From Craspedostauros australis (Eukaryota), in assembly GCA_030167865.1 (NCBI GenBank), contig JALAGF010000485.1, positions 1 to 64,000 on the forward strand: DNA of 64,000 nucleotides. Reading direction: 5' to 3'. A program made the position numbers and the translations under genes. Below are positions 23,515-34,847 of the stretch, piece by piece. Under the pieces are notes generated by a model. The model worked only from the letters and a program-made list of their open reading frames with translations. It did no database searches and was not told the origin of the DNA. How positions within the stretch are numbered: the first letter of the stretch is position 1; every line of letters begins with the position of its first letter.

Positions 23515-24587
23515 GATGGCTGCTGCTTCTGCTTCTGCTTTTGCTATGCAACTGTTGGTGCAGTTCGTGCTGGTTTTGTGTGATGTCTCGGCTGTGTTGC
23601 TCGGTTGCTTTGGGAAGCTGTGGAGTGCGGCGGTGCGGTGGAATGGATTGGATTCAGTCAGAGCCTGAGTATTGGTATGTATGATAGGTGAGTGTTTTGC
23701 GCTGTGTGTGATTCTGTTGTGCTGTCTGTTGTGTTTCGTGGAACATGCTGAACGAGAGATGTGTCGTGATGTTCGCGTGATCAACAATTTTGGTGGAAGT
23801 TTACGAACACGAAATTTGTGGCGATCTCCATCGCCGAAATGATGTCAATACTCCGCACGCGTGATGACCGTTATCATGGCGGTTTGGCGACTACTCATGT
23901 TGGTCGGAAACAGTGAGCTGCAATCCGATGAGTCGTGTGTTGTCCGTGACGAAGATTCAATTTGTGCTCACTCCACCACTCGGCTGACGCCCATTCAACG
24001 TGTGCTTCGAGAACTGTTGCTGCCGTTGTATCATATGTTACACATGGTGGTGTCTTGTGTTTCCTCTAAGTGCTGGCCATGTTACATGGTGTTGGCGATA
24101 GATACACACGTTAACGCAACGGCTCTCACAAGTTCCGACTTGGCAATCGCATTGGACATCACACACCAACAACACGCCGAGCGTTCTGCTCCTTGATTTC
24201 CTCTGGTGGCTCTTTGTGTTGCCCAGCAGCATTGCGTTGCGTTGTGCTGTTTTGCGTTGAGCTGCGCTGTGTTGTGGTTGTGGTGTGCGTTGGCTCGTGA
24301 GTTGCGTCGCGCTTGTGTGGAGATTCAGTACTCCGCGATGGAAATTCTCAACATCGACAGGCGCAACAAAGGAATTTGAGAGGCAGATGAGAGAGGTTTC
24401 TTGTTGCTCAACAGTTGTTTGATTGGCGTTGGCCAAAGTTCAGACTCTCCTTCATCCCCAACAATACGCCACCACACCGAAGGCACAACTCAAGCTCAAA
24501 TCGACACTATTCGCATACATCCCCCACACTAACACCACAGGCAGAGCAGCAGCAACAACAACGTTAACGAAAACAGGAACGATCAAC

Positions 24588-26156
24588 ATGGACGCTCCAG
24601 CCTCACCAGTAGCGGCGCCGGTGCCGCCACCAAGCAAGGACGCACCTGCCCCCGTCGCGGGCACCGATCAAATGCTCGAATGTGACTACGACACGAACCC
24701 AACCGTCCTGTACCAGGCCATCGAGGCCAAGCAGTGGGAATACGCCATCGCCGTCTTCGAGGGCGCAGATGCCAACAAGCAGGCCGCCACCTGGGTGTTC
24801 CGCAAGGAGACCAGCGGCAAGCTGAGATGGCGCTTGCTCCCCATCCACGCGGCCATCATCTTCGGCTCTCCCATCAAGCTGATCGAGCTGCTGCTTGGCG
24901 AGTACCCGCAGGGCGCGCAGTGCAAGGACGATCAGGGCATGCTGCCGCTCCACCTTTGCTTTCGCAACGAGGTGAGCTGGGAGATCGTCGAGGAGATCAT
25001 CACCGCCTTCCCGGAGGCGTACTACGTCAAGGACCGCAAGGGCCGCACACCCATCACCTGCGGCGTCCGAACCGTGGGAGCCTCCGGGCAGAGCGTGTCC
25101 TCGCAATCCATGCGCACCGCCGGGCCCAAGTCGCCCTTCAAGTCCGCCCTGAGCGTACTTGGCATCATGACGGACATCGCCGTCAACGCTGAGATGTTGA
25201 AGGTGCGCGAGGAATCCCGCACCATCCTGGAATCCCGCGTGGCGCAGCTGCAGGACACCCACCTCCAGACGCTGACGCAGCTCAAGAAGGAATGGCATAA
25301 GCAACGCAGCGAGTCCAAGCGCAACACGAACGACCTGCAGGACGAGATCGCCTCCCTCAAGTCCCAGCTCGAGGCTGCCCTGGCCGAGAATGCCGATCTC
25401 AAGATCGCGGAGGATCGCCTGACCAGCCGTGTCGAAGATCTCACGGCCGAGGTCAAGCTCAGGGATGTGGACATCGACTTCCTCAAGCAGCAAAAGTACG
25501 AGACGCTCCAGAACATGAACGAGCAGGTCGATACGGACGGCCAGGAAGAGGCCGAGGCCGAGACTGAACCGTCTCCAGAAGCTCCCGACGAGGCCGAGAT
25601 GAACGAAGAGCCCACTGCCGAGACCGAGGCTACCACCGAGGAAGAGGAGACCAAGGAGGAAGTTGAGGAAACTCCAAAGGAAGACTTCTCCGAGGCCAAC
25701 CTCGCTCTGCGCCAGCTCGTCGAGAGCATGGTCGAAGAGAAGAAGGAGTACCACTCCAAGTTCGGCGACCTCGTCGTCAGATACCAGGAATTGGCGATGG
25801 AGCGCAAGCAGATCATGGAGGTCTTCGGCAGGGACTCGCAGGATCAGTTCCACAAGGAACTGGATCTCGTCCAGGGATTCCAGAACTGGATCGAGACCAA
25901 GGAAGGCGACATGGAATCCGTCGACGGTGAGGAGGCCGACGAGCGGGAAGAGAAGAAGGACGATGACGACGCCGAGCTGATGGCATTCAGAGAGCAGTCG
26001 GAGATCGACGACAGGAAAATGATGTACGAGCCATCCCCCATCCTGGAGTCTGCCACAAGTGCAGCGGGCTCAGTCACGGACGCAACGACAGCATCCAACC
26101 CAGCGCACACCATCATTGACCTCTCCGATGCGCCATCGCCCAAGCAGGACCCATAG
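24588..26156 (+). CDS. Diatom-type ankyrin-repeat plus acidic coiled-coil protein (paralog 4)
   Basis: ECDYDTNPTVLY..ATWV..RWRLLPIHAA..DDQGMLPLHL..KDRKGRTP, then a long E-rich coiled coil. ATG at 24588. Confidence 0.88.
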   Translation: MDAPASPVAAPVPPPSKDAPAPVAGTDQMLECDYDTNPTVLYQAIEAKQWEYAIAVFEGADANKQAATWVFRKETSGKLRWRLLPIHAAIIFGSPIKLIELLLGEYPQGAQCKDDQGMLPLHLCFRNEVSWEIVEEIITAFPEAYYVKDRKGRTPITCGVRTVGASGQSVSSQSMRTAGPKSPFKSALSVLGIMTDIAVNAEMLKVREESRTILESRVAQLQDTHLQTLTQLKKEWHKQRSESKRNTNDLQDEIASLKSQLEAALAENADLKIAEDRLTSRVEDLTAEVKLRDVDIDFLKQQKYETLQNMNEQVDTDGQEEAEAETEPSPEAPDEAEMNEEPTAETEATTEEEETKEEVEETPKEDFSEANLALRQLVESMVEEKKEYHSKFGDLVVRYQELAMERKQIMEVFGRDSQDQFHKELDLVQGFQNWIETKEGDMESVDGEEADEREEKKDDDDAELMAFREQSEIDDRKMMYEPSPILESATSAAGSVTDATTASNPAHTIIDLSDAPSPKQDP

Positions 26157-27482
26157 ATCGTGAATGGGGAACGCAGGTGCGTGCCTGCATACGCACCTTC
26201 GCACGTACACAACCAGCTAGAGTGGAGGAGAACACGGGTATGTTGGGAGCGTGGTGCAGAGATGCGTGCCTGCGCCGGAGTCTCATCGAAGACCGCAGCA
26301 ACTCCAATCACAAAAGAGCTGATCAGAAGAATTGATTCCTTGAAGTACGCACGCTTGAGGCAGCGGCAACAGCACATCTCGAATCAAAATCTCATCCTTC
26401 TTCTGCCGACAAGGCCTCTCCCTCTCATCCTCCGGCTGTGTCCATTGCCCAGCAGCACGGAGCACAGAACAAACTGTACCTAACTGTATCTAAACATTGA
26501 TTGAAATTGAGAAAAATGGCGAATAACGCCTCCGCACAATCTACTCCGTGCTTTGAAGTGCTCTCGTCGGAATTTACAACGAAGCAAGGTCCGGATCTCA
26601 TCCTGTGTCCTTCCCTCATCATGCTGTCTCCTCGATTTCTGAGGCGGCAAGGTACCACATTCATCGATCATCGTCGCATGAAGGACGATCCACTGTTGTC
26701 GTGCGGGAATTCTTCAAGAACAGGTTTAAAGTGCCTGTATGGTACTCTTAGTACATATAATACCTTCAAACAGAATCGTAGTCAACAAGGAATACTGCTA
26801 TTCGCACACGTGTGGAGAAATGCTTCCTACCGCCTCCAGAGAAGCATCCTTTCCGGCGTAACCACCTTCAGCATCAGCCCAACCATCAGTGGAGGACAGG
26901 CACCGCGGACTCTCTTCAACTTACTATACTTTGTCTGCTATGGCACGCTACTCCCGTACTGCCTCACACGTCACAAGGCGCACACGCAGCGTGGAAATAA
27001 ACACACACAGAGGGAGATATCGCCATGACGATGGCCATGCACAAGTGCGTCGATGCGAATGATCTCTACTCGTTGAGGAATGCGCAGAACAACACGCATG
27101 GACAAAGCAGCAGCAGCAGCAGCAGCAGCAGTTGAAACTGGACAGATCAGAAACGGAATCAAAATCATCTTCGCTGCGATGCATGCGATCGAGATGTCCA
27201 ACAGGAGACACATGCGAGTACAAGTATCATGGAGTAAAGCGCTTCGGATGGGCATAATGTGCGCGTGTGTAGAGCAATACATGTGTGGCATCTTTGCCTC
27301 CCTCTGCTGATATTAGTAGCGAGAGAGAGAGGGAGAGTAGACTGGAGTACAGTACTTCTTTGAACCTAAGCATTGTTAAAATAGTATTATACTAGTACTC
27401 TATTGACCAGACAGCAAGTCGTAGAATGGAAAAATGATGCAGCCACCGAAGCAGCACCGTACCTACGCGTAGCCTGCCGTGC

Positions 27483-28787
27483 TTATCCGTCGGCTTTGAT
27501 GTGCTCGAGCTGCAACAGCGTGAACGGAATGTCTTCCGCTTCCGTTCGTACCGTGCTCCTCAGAACGACCTCGATGGCCTCCACGAGCTGCTCGAGAGTG
27601 TAATGCACCCTGGCGTACGCGCCTGGCACGTGGAAGCACGGTCGCGACTTCATGTCGAACAACCAGAACTTCTTCGCGCTTCCCTTCGGTGGCATGCAGA
27701 TGCACAGCGATTCCCAGCTGGTTTCTAGGATGTAGACCTGCCAGTGATCGCCGCATTGTTCGTTTCGGCACATCGCCAACGTCGAACGGATGCCCAGTTC
27801 ATGATCTCTGTTGTGATCCATGAAGAGGCCGCCCTTCGTGTCGGCGCTCTCATCCAACCGCAAGTCGAACTGGTCTCCCCATTGCGCGAGGACGCCCTTC
27901 GCGTCGATGGTGTTGTTTGGTTCGTCGTAGTTGCTGCTGCTACTGCCGCTGCTACGTCCACTGCTCCCGCTGGTTCTGCTGTCATTCCCATTGCCAAGAG
28001 CGTTGCCGCTAGATGACGACTGTTTGGAGTAGAGGGATAGTCCCATGACCAGCGCCGATTCCAGGAACTCCGAATTGACGACGCCGCCCCGGAGGAACTT
28101 CCCGGCGGTCACCACGGTGCAAAATGCTCGTGCCTTGATGCCATTGGTGAAGCTCTGAGCGCTAACCATGGTGCCTACCATCTTGGGAATGCGCGATTGT
28201 CGTCTGCGGGAGCCGCTTGACGATCTTCTCACCTGTTCTGATCCTTGCTGCGACGGCTGGTGGACTCGTGCATGCAGAGACTGCGATCTGAGCGGATCGT
28301 AGTCCATGTCGCAGTCTCCGCTGAGCAAGAACTGAACGGCCTGGTTGATGTCTCCTCGTGCGACCTGGAGTGCCTCGCGGGCGTGACCCTCGGGGTATCC
28401 CATCTGCACCAGCTCTTGCACACCGTTGGTGGCGACGTAGCTCCAACGTGGCGACGGGGCGGTTGTGTTGCGGAGGGCTTCGGTGACGCTGTTCCGGCCT
28501 GAGGTTCTGTGATGCCCGGAGCTGCTATGGCTATGGCTATGGCTATGGCTATGGCTATTGGTGCTGTCGCTACTGCTGCTGCTTCTTCTGCTATCGGTAG
28601 CAGTGCCGACGGAGTGGGTATCTGCCGATTCTGCAGGATGTTTTGCGTTGCTCTCGTCGAGAAGATAGCCAACTGCCTGCTCGATGTCCCCATTGGCAAC
28701 GCTGAGGGCCTGGAGGCTCTGTTCGCGGCCGTACCCCATGCACATCAACGTCGTGATCCCTCTCTCGTGACGGGATGGCGAGTTCAT
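27483..28787 (-). CDS. Protein with two UBA domains and a C-terminal herpes-tegument-like (VTD/peptidase C76-like) domain
   Basis: UBA1 LMCMGYGREQSLQALSVANGDIEQAVGYLL and UBA2 LVQMGYPEGHAREALQVARGDINQAVQFLL are clear. The C-terminal domain (Q..FC..LESALVMGLSLY..SLCI..FWLFDMKSR..GAY) was assigned by eye only. Confidence 0.8.
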   Translation of the reverse strand: MNSPSRHERGITTLMCMGYGREQSLQALSVANGDIEQAVGYLLDESNAKHPAESADTHSVGTATDSRRSSSSSDSTNSHSHSHSHSHSSSGHHRTSGRNSVTEALRNTTAPSPRWSYVATNGVQELVQMGYPEGHAREALQVARGDINQAVQFLLSGDCDMDYDPLRSQSLHARVHQPSQQGSEQVRRSSSGSRRRQSRIPKMVGTMVSAQSFTNGIKARAFCTVVTAGKFLRGGVVNSEFLESALVMGLSLYSKQSSSSGNALGNGNDSRTSGSSGRSSGSSSSNYDEPNNTIDAKGVLAQWGDQFDLRLDESADTKGGLFMDHNRDHELGIRSTLAMCRNEQCGDHWQVYILETSWESLCICMPPKGSAKKFWLFDMKSRPCFHVPGAYARVHYTLEQLVEAIEVVLRSTVRTEAEDIPFTLLQLEHIKADG

Positions 28788-31575
28788 GGTGCAATTGCGT
28801 GGGCTTTGAATGAATGATTGCATCTGCAAGTGCATTGGTGACGTGCACTGTATTGGTGGAGTGGATGAAGTGTTATGTAATATTATGAACCTTGAGATGT
28901 GATCTCTGAATTGTGAATTATGATGAAGTGTGTCAGGTGAAGTGAAGTGGTTGCGATTGCGATTACAGGTGAAGCGGATGGCTTTTGCGCAACGATGCAG
29001 ATTTATGGCTGACGAGGTCCCAGTCGCCGTCGTTGGTGGTAGCGATGATGCAGAAGCGAGGGATCGTGAACCCTGTGCTCTATCGTGTTTCGTAACGCGA
29101 TGTGCCATGATGCTGCGTGATGTCGTGTGGCGTGATATTGTTTGCTTGCTTTCGTTTTGTTGCCGTGTGGATTGATCGTGTGCAGTAGTACCATGCCCCA
29201 TCTCTCGTGATTCTCCGCCATGATGTTTGTGTGTCGCCTTGCGTGCTGCGAGTACTACTTCTTCTGTGATGCTCTCTTGGCGGCGCCCCTGTCTTGGTCT
29301 TGGTAGGAAACAGGCCTCGTTTTCGACCAACACAGCGCCAACACGAGCGCGTGCCCTTGTTTTCTCAGTCTTGGGCATAGTTTGGATGTTGCGAAGTATC
29401 AACGGCGAATGGGCTTCGTCTTCTCCCTTGTCCCCAACTTCCTCGCCACGGCCTCATCGCTTCTGCGAACTGCGCGACGCGTCATGGGAGTGTTCTGTGG
29501 CTGAGATCTTCGCCGTTATCGGCAACACAGACATAGACATCCCGCCTTTGGTGCTGCGTGACGACGCATCACATCACTCGTACCCAAACTTTTGCCGGCC
29601 ACCATACCACGACACTCAACCGCGTGTTCGCTGTCGCGTGTTCGCTGTCGCGTGTTATGTGTGCTGTGCGTCTCTTGTTCCCCCTTTCATCTCTGACATG
29701 ACTCGGATGCGTGGTCTTTGACCCAATCAGCCAACGCGACTCAGGCCACGCATCATTCGAAAACGCCTCAATCAATACAAAGCCGGAACATCTCATCCGT
29801 GTCTTTCCGCTCATATTGCTCTCGTGATAGACGCCTCTCGACCCAGTGGGAGCAACGACGGCACAGATGTGCTGCATACAGCCATGTATTACACATATAA
29901 AAACAAGAGAGCAGGGTAGAGTAGCTCATAGAGCAGAGTAGATGGGTACGAGTGTGATGTAGAAATTGTACTGTAGACTCGGACTCTCCGAGATGCAGAA
30001 TCGCCCAGACCCGCCGAGCAAAGCAGATGGCGTCGCAGCGACGCTCCAATTCACATCGGTATCCGTGGAGCTCGGTGACGCTCTGGTAATAGCGACGAAT
30101 CGCATCAGTGCCAACGATGCCAATGTTCATCCGGACTTCTTGCCCAACTTCATCCACCTAAGTGAGTATTGTCAATGTACGAGTACTGTGCAAGTTTAAC
30201 TAAGGCTGCGGTGGTCGTTTGCTCTGTGGAGAGAAAGAACAGTGGTTCGAGGCGGCGCAGTGAATGATGGGCTTTGCGATCTCCAGTCATGTCGCTATTT
30301 GGGCGACATTGCTCCGAATCTGAATTCGGTAGCTGCGCGGCATCAGCGAAATCTGACCAAAACGGTGACATGACCAAGACGCTTCACCACAAATGGGTTC
30401 ACGACACAACACAACCAAACGGCAAGGAGGGGTGGTGGCACAAAGAGAGAACAGGTGCGATATTATATTCTGTCAATTCCATCCGGATGAACAGCGCGAA
30501 TGAGGTGACGTGCAGATGAAGAGGAGTGCAGATGGTTGTCTTCTATTGGCCCGAGCATCGCAGAATGAATGAATACTCTGGAGTATGTGGGGCACGTCTC
30601 ATTCACATTTTCATTTACACTGTTGCCATTGCTATACTCCGCTCTACCCAGGTTCGATGACGCTTGATTGTCGAGAGAGGGGACTGGTGCCGAAATGTCG
30701 GTTGTGGATGTGAAGAAAGGGACGCACCATTCCTTCTCACCTTTCTCACCACCGGCAGTCATGGGAACTCCTCCAAACGTGCCTTCGTCAGCATGATCAT
30801 GGCGGTTTCTTTTCTTTCTCTCATTTACCTACTCACATGTACACACACGCGTACACACGCGCACACCCACACCCACATACACCTACTCTCTCTTGGGCTA
30901 TTGCAACTCTGGAGAGAGAGACCACAAGCCTCAATGCACAGAGGTTGTTTGCTTCTCCGCTCATCTGAACAGCCACTCATTCGCGTATAGATTGGAAGAA
31001 TGTTGCCGTCTCGCAATGGTCGTGGATGGTGTCGCTGATTTGAGGCATCGCCTGGCTGAGAACAACACAGATCAGTGCGTCACAGCACAATTCACATCCA
31101 CGCATCGCAGTGTGCTGCGCTGGAGAGACAGCGTTCCTTGATCGATCATGGACGAGTATGTCACTGGTATGACATGCACGCTGACTTGAGACTTGCATGG
31201 GATTGCACCGCCTTGCTCAAACACAGTCTGAGCTTCAGAAAAGAGTGGAATAGAGTAGAGTAATGGTGTCTACAGCAACGAAACAGAAACGCATCCGGAC
31301 ACCATGATGATGCATTAGGACCATCAATCTTCTCTCTGTAAACTCCCAAGCCACTACCATGCCATGGAATGCAAATGTTGCACTTTCTGTCGTCGGATAC
31401 CGTCTCCCTCTCGCGAACTTACCAAGTCGCCGGCTCTACTACTCTGCTCCACGCTGGTCTAGTCGCAATTCTAAATCCGCCGTGCTGGTGTCGATTTGCG
31501 GGTGCCTCCTTCCATTGCCACAAAAATATCCAATACTGGCTGATGGCACTCTACCCGTACTCTGTTTCCCAGTTA

Positions 31576-31596
31576 CTCTCTCTCTCTCTCTCTCTC
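31576..31596. repeat. (CT)n microsatellite
   Basis: About 10 CT units visible. Confidence 0.9.
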
Positions 31597-32927
31597 AACA
31601 TAATAATAGAGCATGTAGTGCATGGTTGCGCCGCTGAGCAATCTCGTGGATCCATTCACACATGCAAGCATAGAGTAAGCAATTCAGCCTCTCAAACCGA
31701 GCATGTGGGACGCGCGTCAGAGCCAAAGAGAAGATGGCAATAGATACTAGCTATCGAATCAAACGCTCTTCCGATAGAAATGTGACAGAGGTCAAACCTT
31801 CCATCCCTGCAAGTCCGCCAAGGGGAGAATCTGATGCCCGCAGACAAAAGTTTGAAAGCGCAGCGCCAATCGATTCGATGTACTTCCCCATTGCATCATT
31901 GCACCTGACATTGCTGCAAAGACACACCGTACGCAGAGTATCGAAGGGTCCATTCCAATGAGCCTCCAAATGCGAGCATGGTGAAGTACTGTAGAATTCC
32001 TACACGTACTTTCCACATGCCATCCTAACTCATCCTCCTGCTTCGGCCTCCGTCCTCATTTGTAAGATGTAGAAGTGCGCTAAGTGAGTTGAAGTGCAGG
32101 ATAGCTCGGAAGGGATCTTATATGTGCAACCGCTTCAGGCATCAGCCTTGCCTGTGTTGATCAGCATTCACACATCCGAGAAGACAAGAATGTGGAGAGA
32201 AGATTGCGGATGAATGCAAGACCGTATATATGATGTACTAACTTCTTGAAAACGGACAGTTCTTGTTATTTCACGGACATTTTGCCCTCCGATCAATCAC
32301 GAATCTGTCTGGTGTGTTGGTTCGTGGACGGCAGAGAAACCGCGATGGTGGCGATAGCGGAACTTGAGACGGACCAATCCTCACGAATCGGATGAGCTCA
32401 GCGCAGAGAAGAAGACAATTGTGGGTGGAGTAGGTATGTATGTATGACATGCATGGTGTGTCTGGTCGAGCGATTGCACCTGCGATTGCATGGCGGAGAA
32501 GATGGCAATTGACTTCATATCATGTGGGGACGAAGTTGACATTGGTGGTTGGGAGACAATCGCCACTCTGCCGGATCGGTTGCACTCGTCGGCAAGAGCA
32601 CAAGCGCGATCATGAACTATCGCGTTTGGCCTTCCCTCTTCAATCGCATTATACGTACCTTGTTTGCATAATGGAAATCGGTGATCACAGTTGCTGGCTG
32701 GAAAGAGGGGAGGAAGGAAGCTGCATCCAACATTTGTGCCTAGCTTCATTTCGTGGATACATGCCACATCCGAACCCAAAGAGGAAGAACACGAAACAAG
32801 ATGGCGCCATGACGTGGAATTGTTCTCTGTCCCGTCTCCTTCCACCCACAAGATCGGCAACCAGACCAACCACACCAACCACACCAACCACACCAGCAAC
32901 AACAACAAGAAAGGACAAACTACAACT

Positions 32928-32930
<3 letters not shown>

Positions 32931-32973
<43 letters not shown>
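32931..32973. repeat. (CT)n microsatellite upstream of the desaturase
   Basis: About 21 units with one interruption. Confidence 0.9.
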
Positions 32974-32974
<1 letters not shown>

Positions 32975-33129
32975 TGTTCTCCATCAACATCCCATTCCAC
33001 TTCTGGACAGTCTTCATTGCGGCAGTTCAACCCAACCCGGGCACTCTATAGTCCGAATAATCCACCGCATCTGGCGCAAGTCGGCCCGACATTCACCCCA
33101 GTGGCTCGACCGCTCCAGAGACAGCCAAG

Positions 33130-34524
33130 ATGAGAGCATTCGCAGCGTTGATCACGTTGCTCGGATGCAGCAGCAGGCTGCGATCAGCCGATGCCTTCGT
33201 CCAGGGGCAGTCCGAGGCAACTCCAGTATCCGTACCGAGACCGACAGCAGCCAAGGCAACGACGCCGCTTGCTTCTGTACAGATCAGCAACAGCAGGCTG
33301 CGATCATCGGCCGCGCCCTCTGCCAACGATGGCAGCACGTCGAAGATTGGCTCGCTGCAGTATCTGTGGCACAAGAGAAGGCGAAAGGAGATGCTGTCGA
33401 AGTACAGAAGCCAGATTGCACCGTTGGAAAAGTCGGCGTACAGCCAATCCATAGCGTTGCCATTGCTGGTTGCCGGAAATCTCTCCCTGCTGGCCATGTC
33501 CGTAGTCAGCGGGTTGTACCTCAGTGCGAGGCAGACCTTCCTGCTGGCCGCATTCCCTGGCAGCATCCTCTCGCTGTGGCAGCTGCAGATCCTGCACGAT
33601 GCGCTGCACGGATGCTTCTTCGCCAAGGGCAAGCCGAAGGTCTTTGGCATGAGCAAGTCCAGGCTGCAGGACGCCGTGCTATTCTGGGGCAGCATGCCAT
33701 CCATCTTCGGATACTACCTCTACCTCAAATACGGTCACCTCACGCATCACACCTCCGTCGGCGACCCGCACAAGGCGTCGCTGGCGCAGCTCTTCAACTC
33801 CAGCAGCGTCGACTTTGAAGACGGCGACGTCCTTTTCGTCGCGCATCGCATGAAGCTGAAGGGCGACATCGGACCGCAGCTGCAGGTCTTGGGGCGCCGC
33901 GTCAAGATGTCCATCAGCCGGTCGGGATTCTCCTCATGGATCACGGGCAACGCTGCATGGAACGCCCTCATGTTCTCCACGAGCTTCCTGTTCGAACGCT
34001 GCATGCTCATGATCAACGATGTCGTCGTGGCCGTGACGGGCCGCAACTCCTTCTTCCCCAACAAACCGGATGAATTCCATCAGCAGTGCGCTGCCTACTG
34101 TCGCTGGGCCGTGCTGCTGCGCGGGATGCTGCTCAAATTCGCAGGATGGAGGTCGCTTCTGTTCCTGTACCTGTCCGAGACCCTGTGGAGTATCCCGCCG
34201 CATCCCGCGTGCGCCATGTTCGTGACGAACCATGGCTCGGACGTTGACGAGACGGATGGCAGCTGCGTGCCGTCTCGATCGACCTACGCGGGGCGATGGT
34301 ACTCGGTTCTGACGTTGGGCACGAACTACCATTGCGAACATCATGACTTTCCCACGATACCGTTGCACAAGCTGGGTGAGCTGCGTCGCATCGCGCCTGA
34401 ATACTATCGGCAGAGCGGGAATGATGGGCAAAAGAAGGACAATGTGTTTGCGATCATGCGCAAGGCCTTTGCTAAGCCCGATTTCTACGCGTGCATGAAT
34501 AATCAGGATCAGATTCGGACATGA
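33130..34524 (+). CDS. Membrane fatty-acid desaturase family protein (DES1/sphingolipid delta-4-like)
   Basis: Three His boxes: LHDALH, GHLTHH and NYHCEHHDFP. The N-terminus resembles a bipartite presequence (..SADAFV.. followed by an S/T/R-rich stretch). Confidence 0.85.
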   Translation: MRAFAALITLLGCSSRLRSADAFVQGQSEATPVSVPRPTAAKATTPLASVQISNSRLRSSAAPSANDGSTSKIGSLQYLWHKRRRKEMLSKYRSQIAPLEKSAYSQSIALPLLVAGNLSLLAMSVVSGLYLSARQTFLLAAFPGSILSLWQLQILHDALHGCFFAKGKPKVFGMSKSRLQDAVLFWGSMPSIFGYYLYLKYGHLTHHTSVGDPHKASLAQLFNSSSVDFEDGDVLFVAHRMKLKGDIGPQLQVLGRRVKMSISRSGFSSWITGNAAWNALMFSTSFLFERCMLMINDVVVAVTGRNSFFPNKPDEFHQQCAAYCRWAVLLRGMLLKFAGWRSLLFLYLSETLWSIPPHPACAMFVTNHGSDVDETDGSCVPSRSTYAGRWYSVLTLGTNYHCEHHDFPTIPLHKLGELRRIAPEYYRQSGNDGQKKDNVFAIMRKAFAKPDFYACMNNQDQIRT

Positions 34525-34847
34525 AGGAGTGTGGCACATGTTGTGGAATGGGAAGGAGAGGCAAGGGTGATGGATCCCGTCTTGAGACTTGGCGGAACTA
34601 CAGCGCGCGAGAGCATAATTGGGTTTTTACAATCCATTGCTCCATACGTCGAGCACCGTGAATAGATTCAACGCTTTCTTGGTTTGCAAATAGCACTAGT
34701 AGAACGGAGTAGTTGTAAGTATTCGTAAGCATGATGTTGCGGCGTGAACAGCGAGTGTGGAAATATGACGTTCTGGAAAGTAAGATGTCTACCGTACCGG
34801 AGCACAATTCTGTTCCGCTTCTGCCTTCCCTCCATACTCTTCGCATT

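Noticed and set aside
21994..23583. Long antisense ORFs (also 11469-12470, 24603-25853, 37159-38313, 53773-54864, 57251-58741)
   Set aside because: They are shadows of GC3-biased genes on the opposite strand and have no recognisable motifs.
26500..27030. 175-aa ORF between ankyrin paralog 4 and the UBA gene
   Set aside because: Non-ATG start in the track, atypical composition and no recognisable domain.
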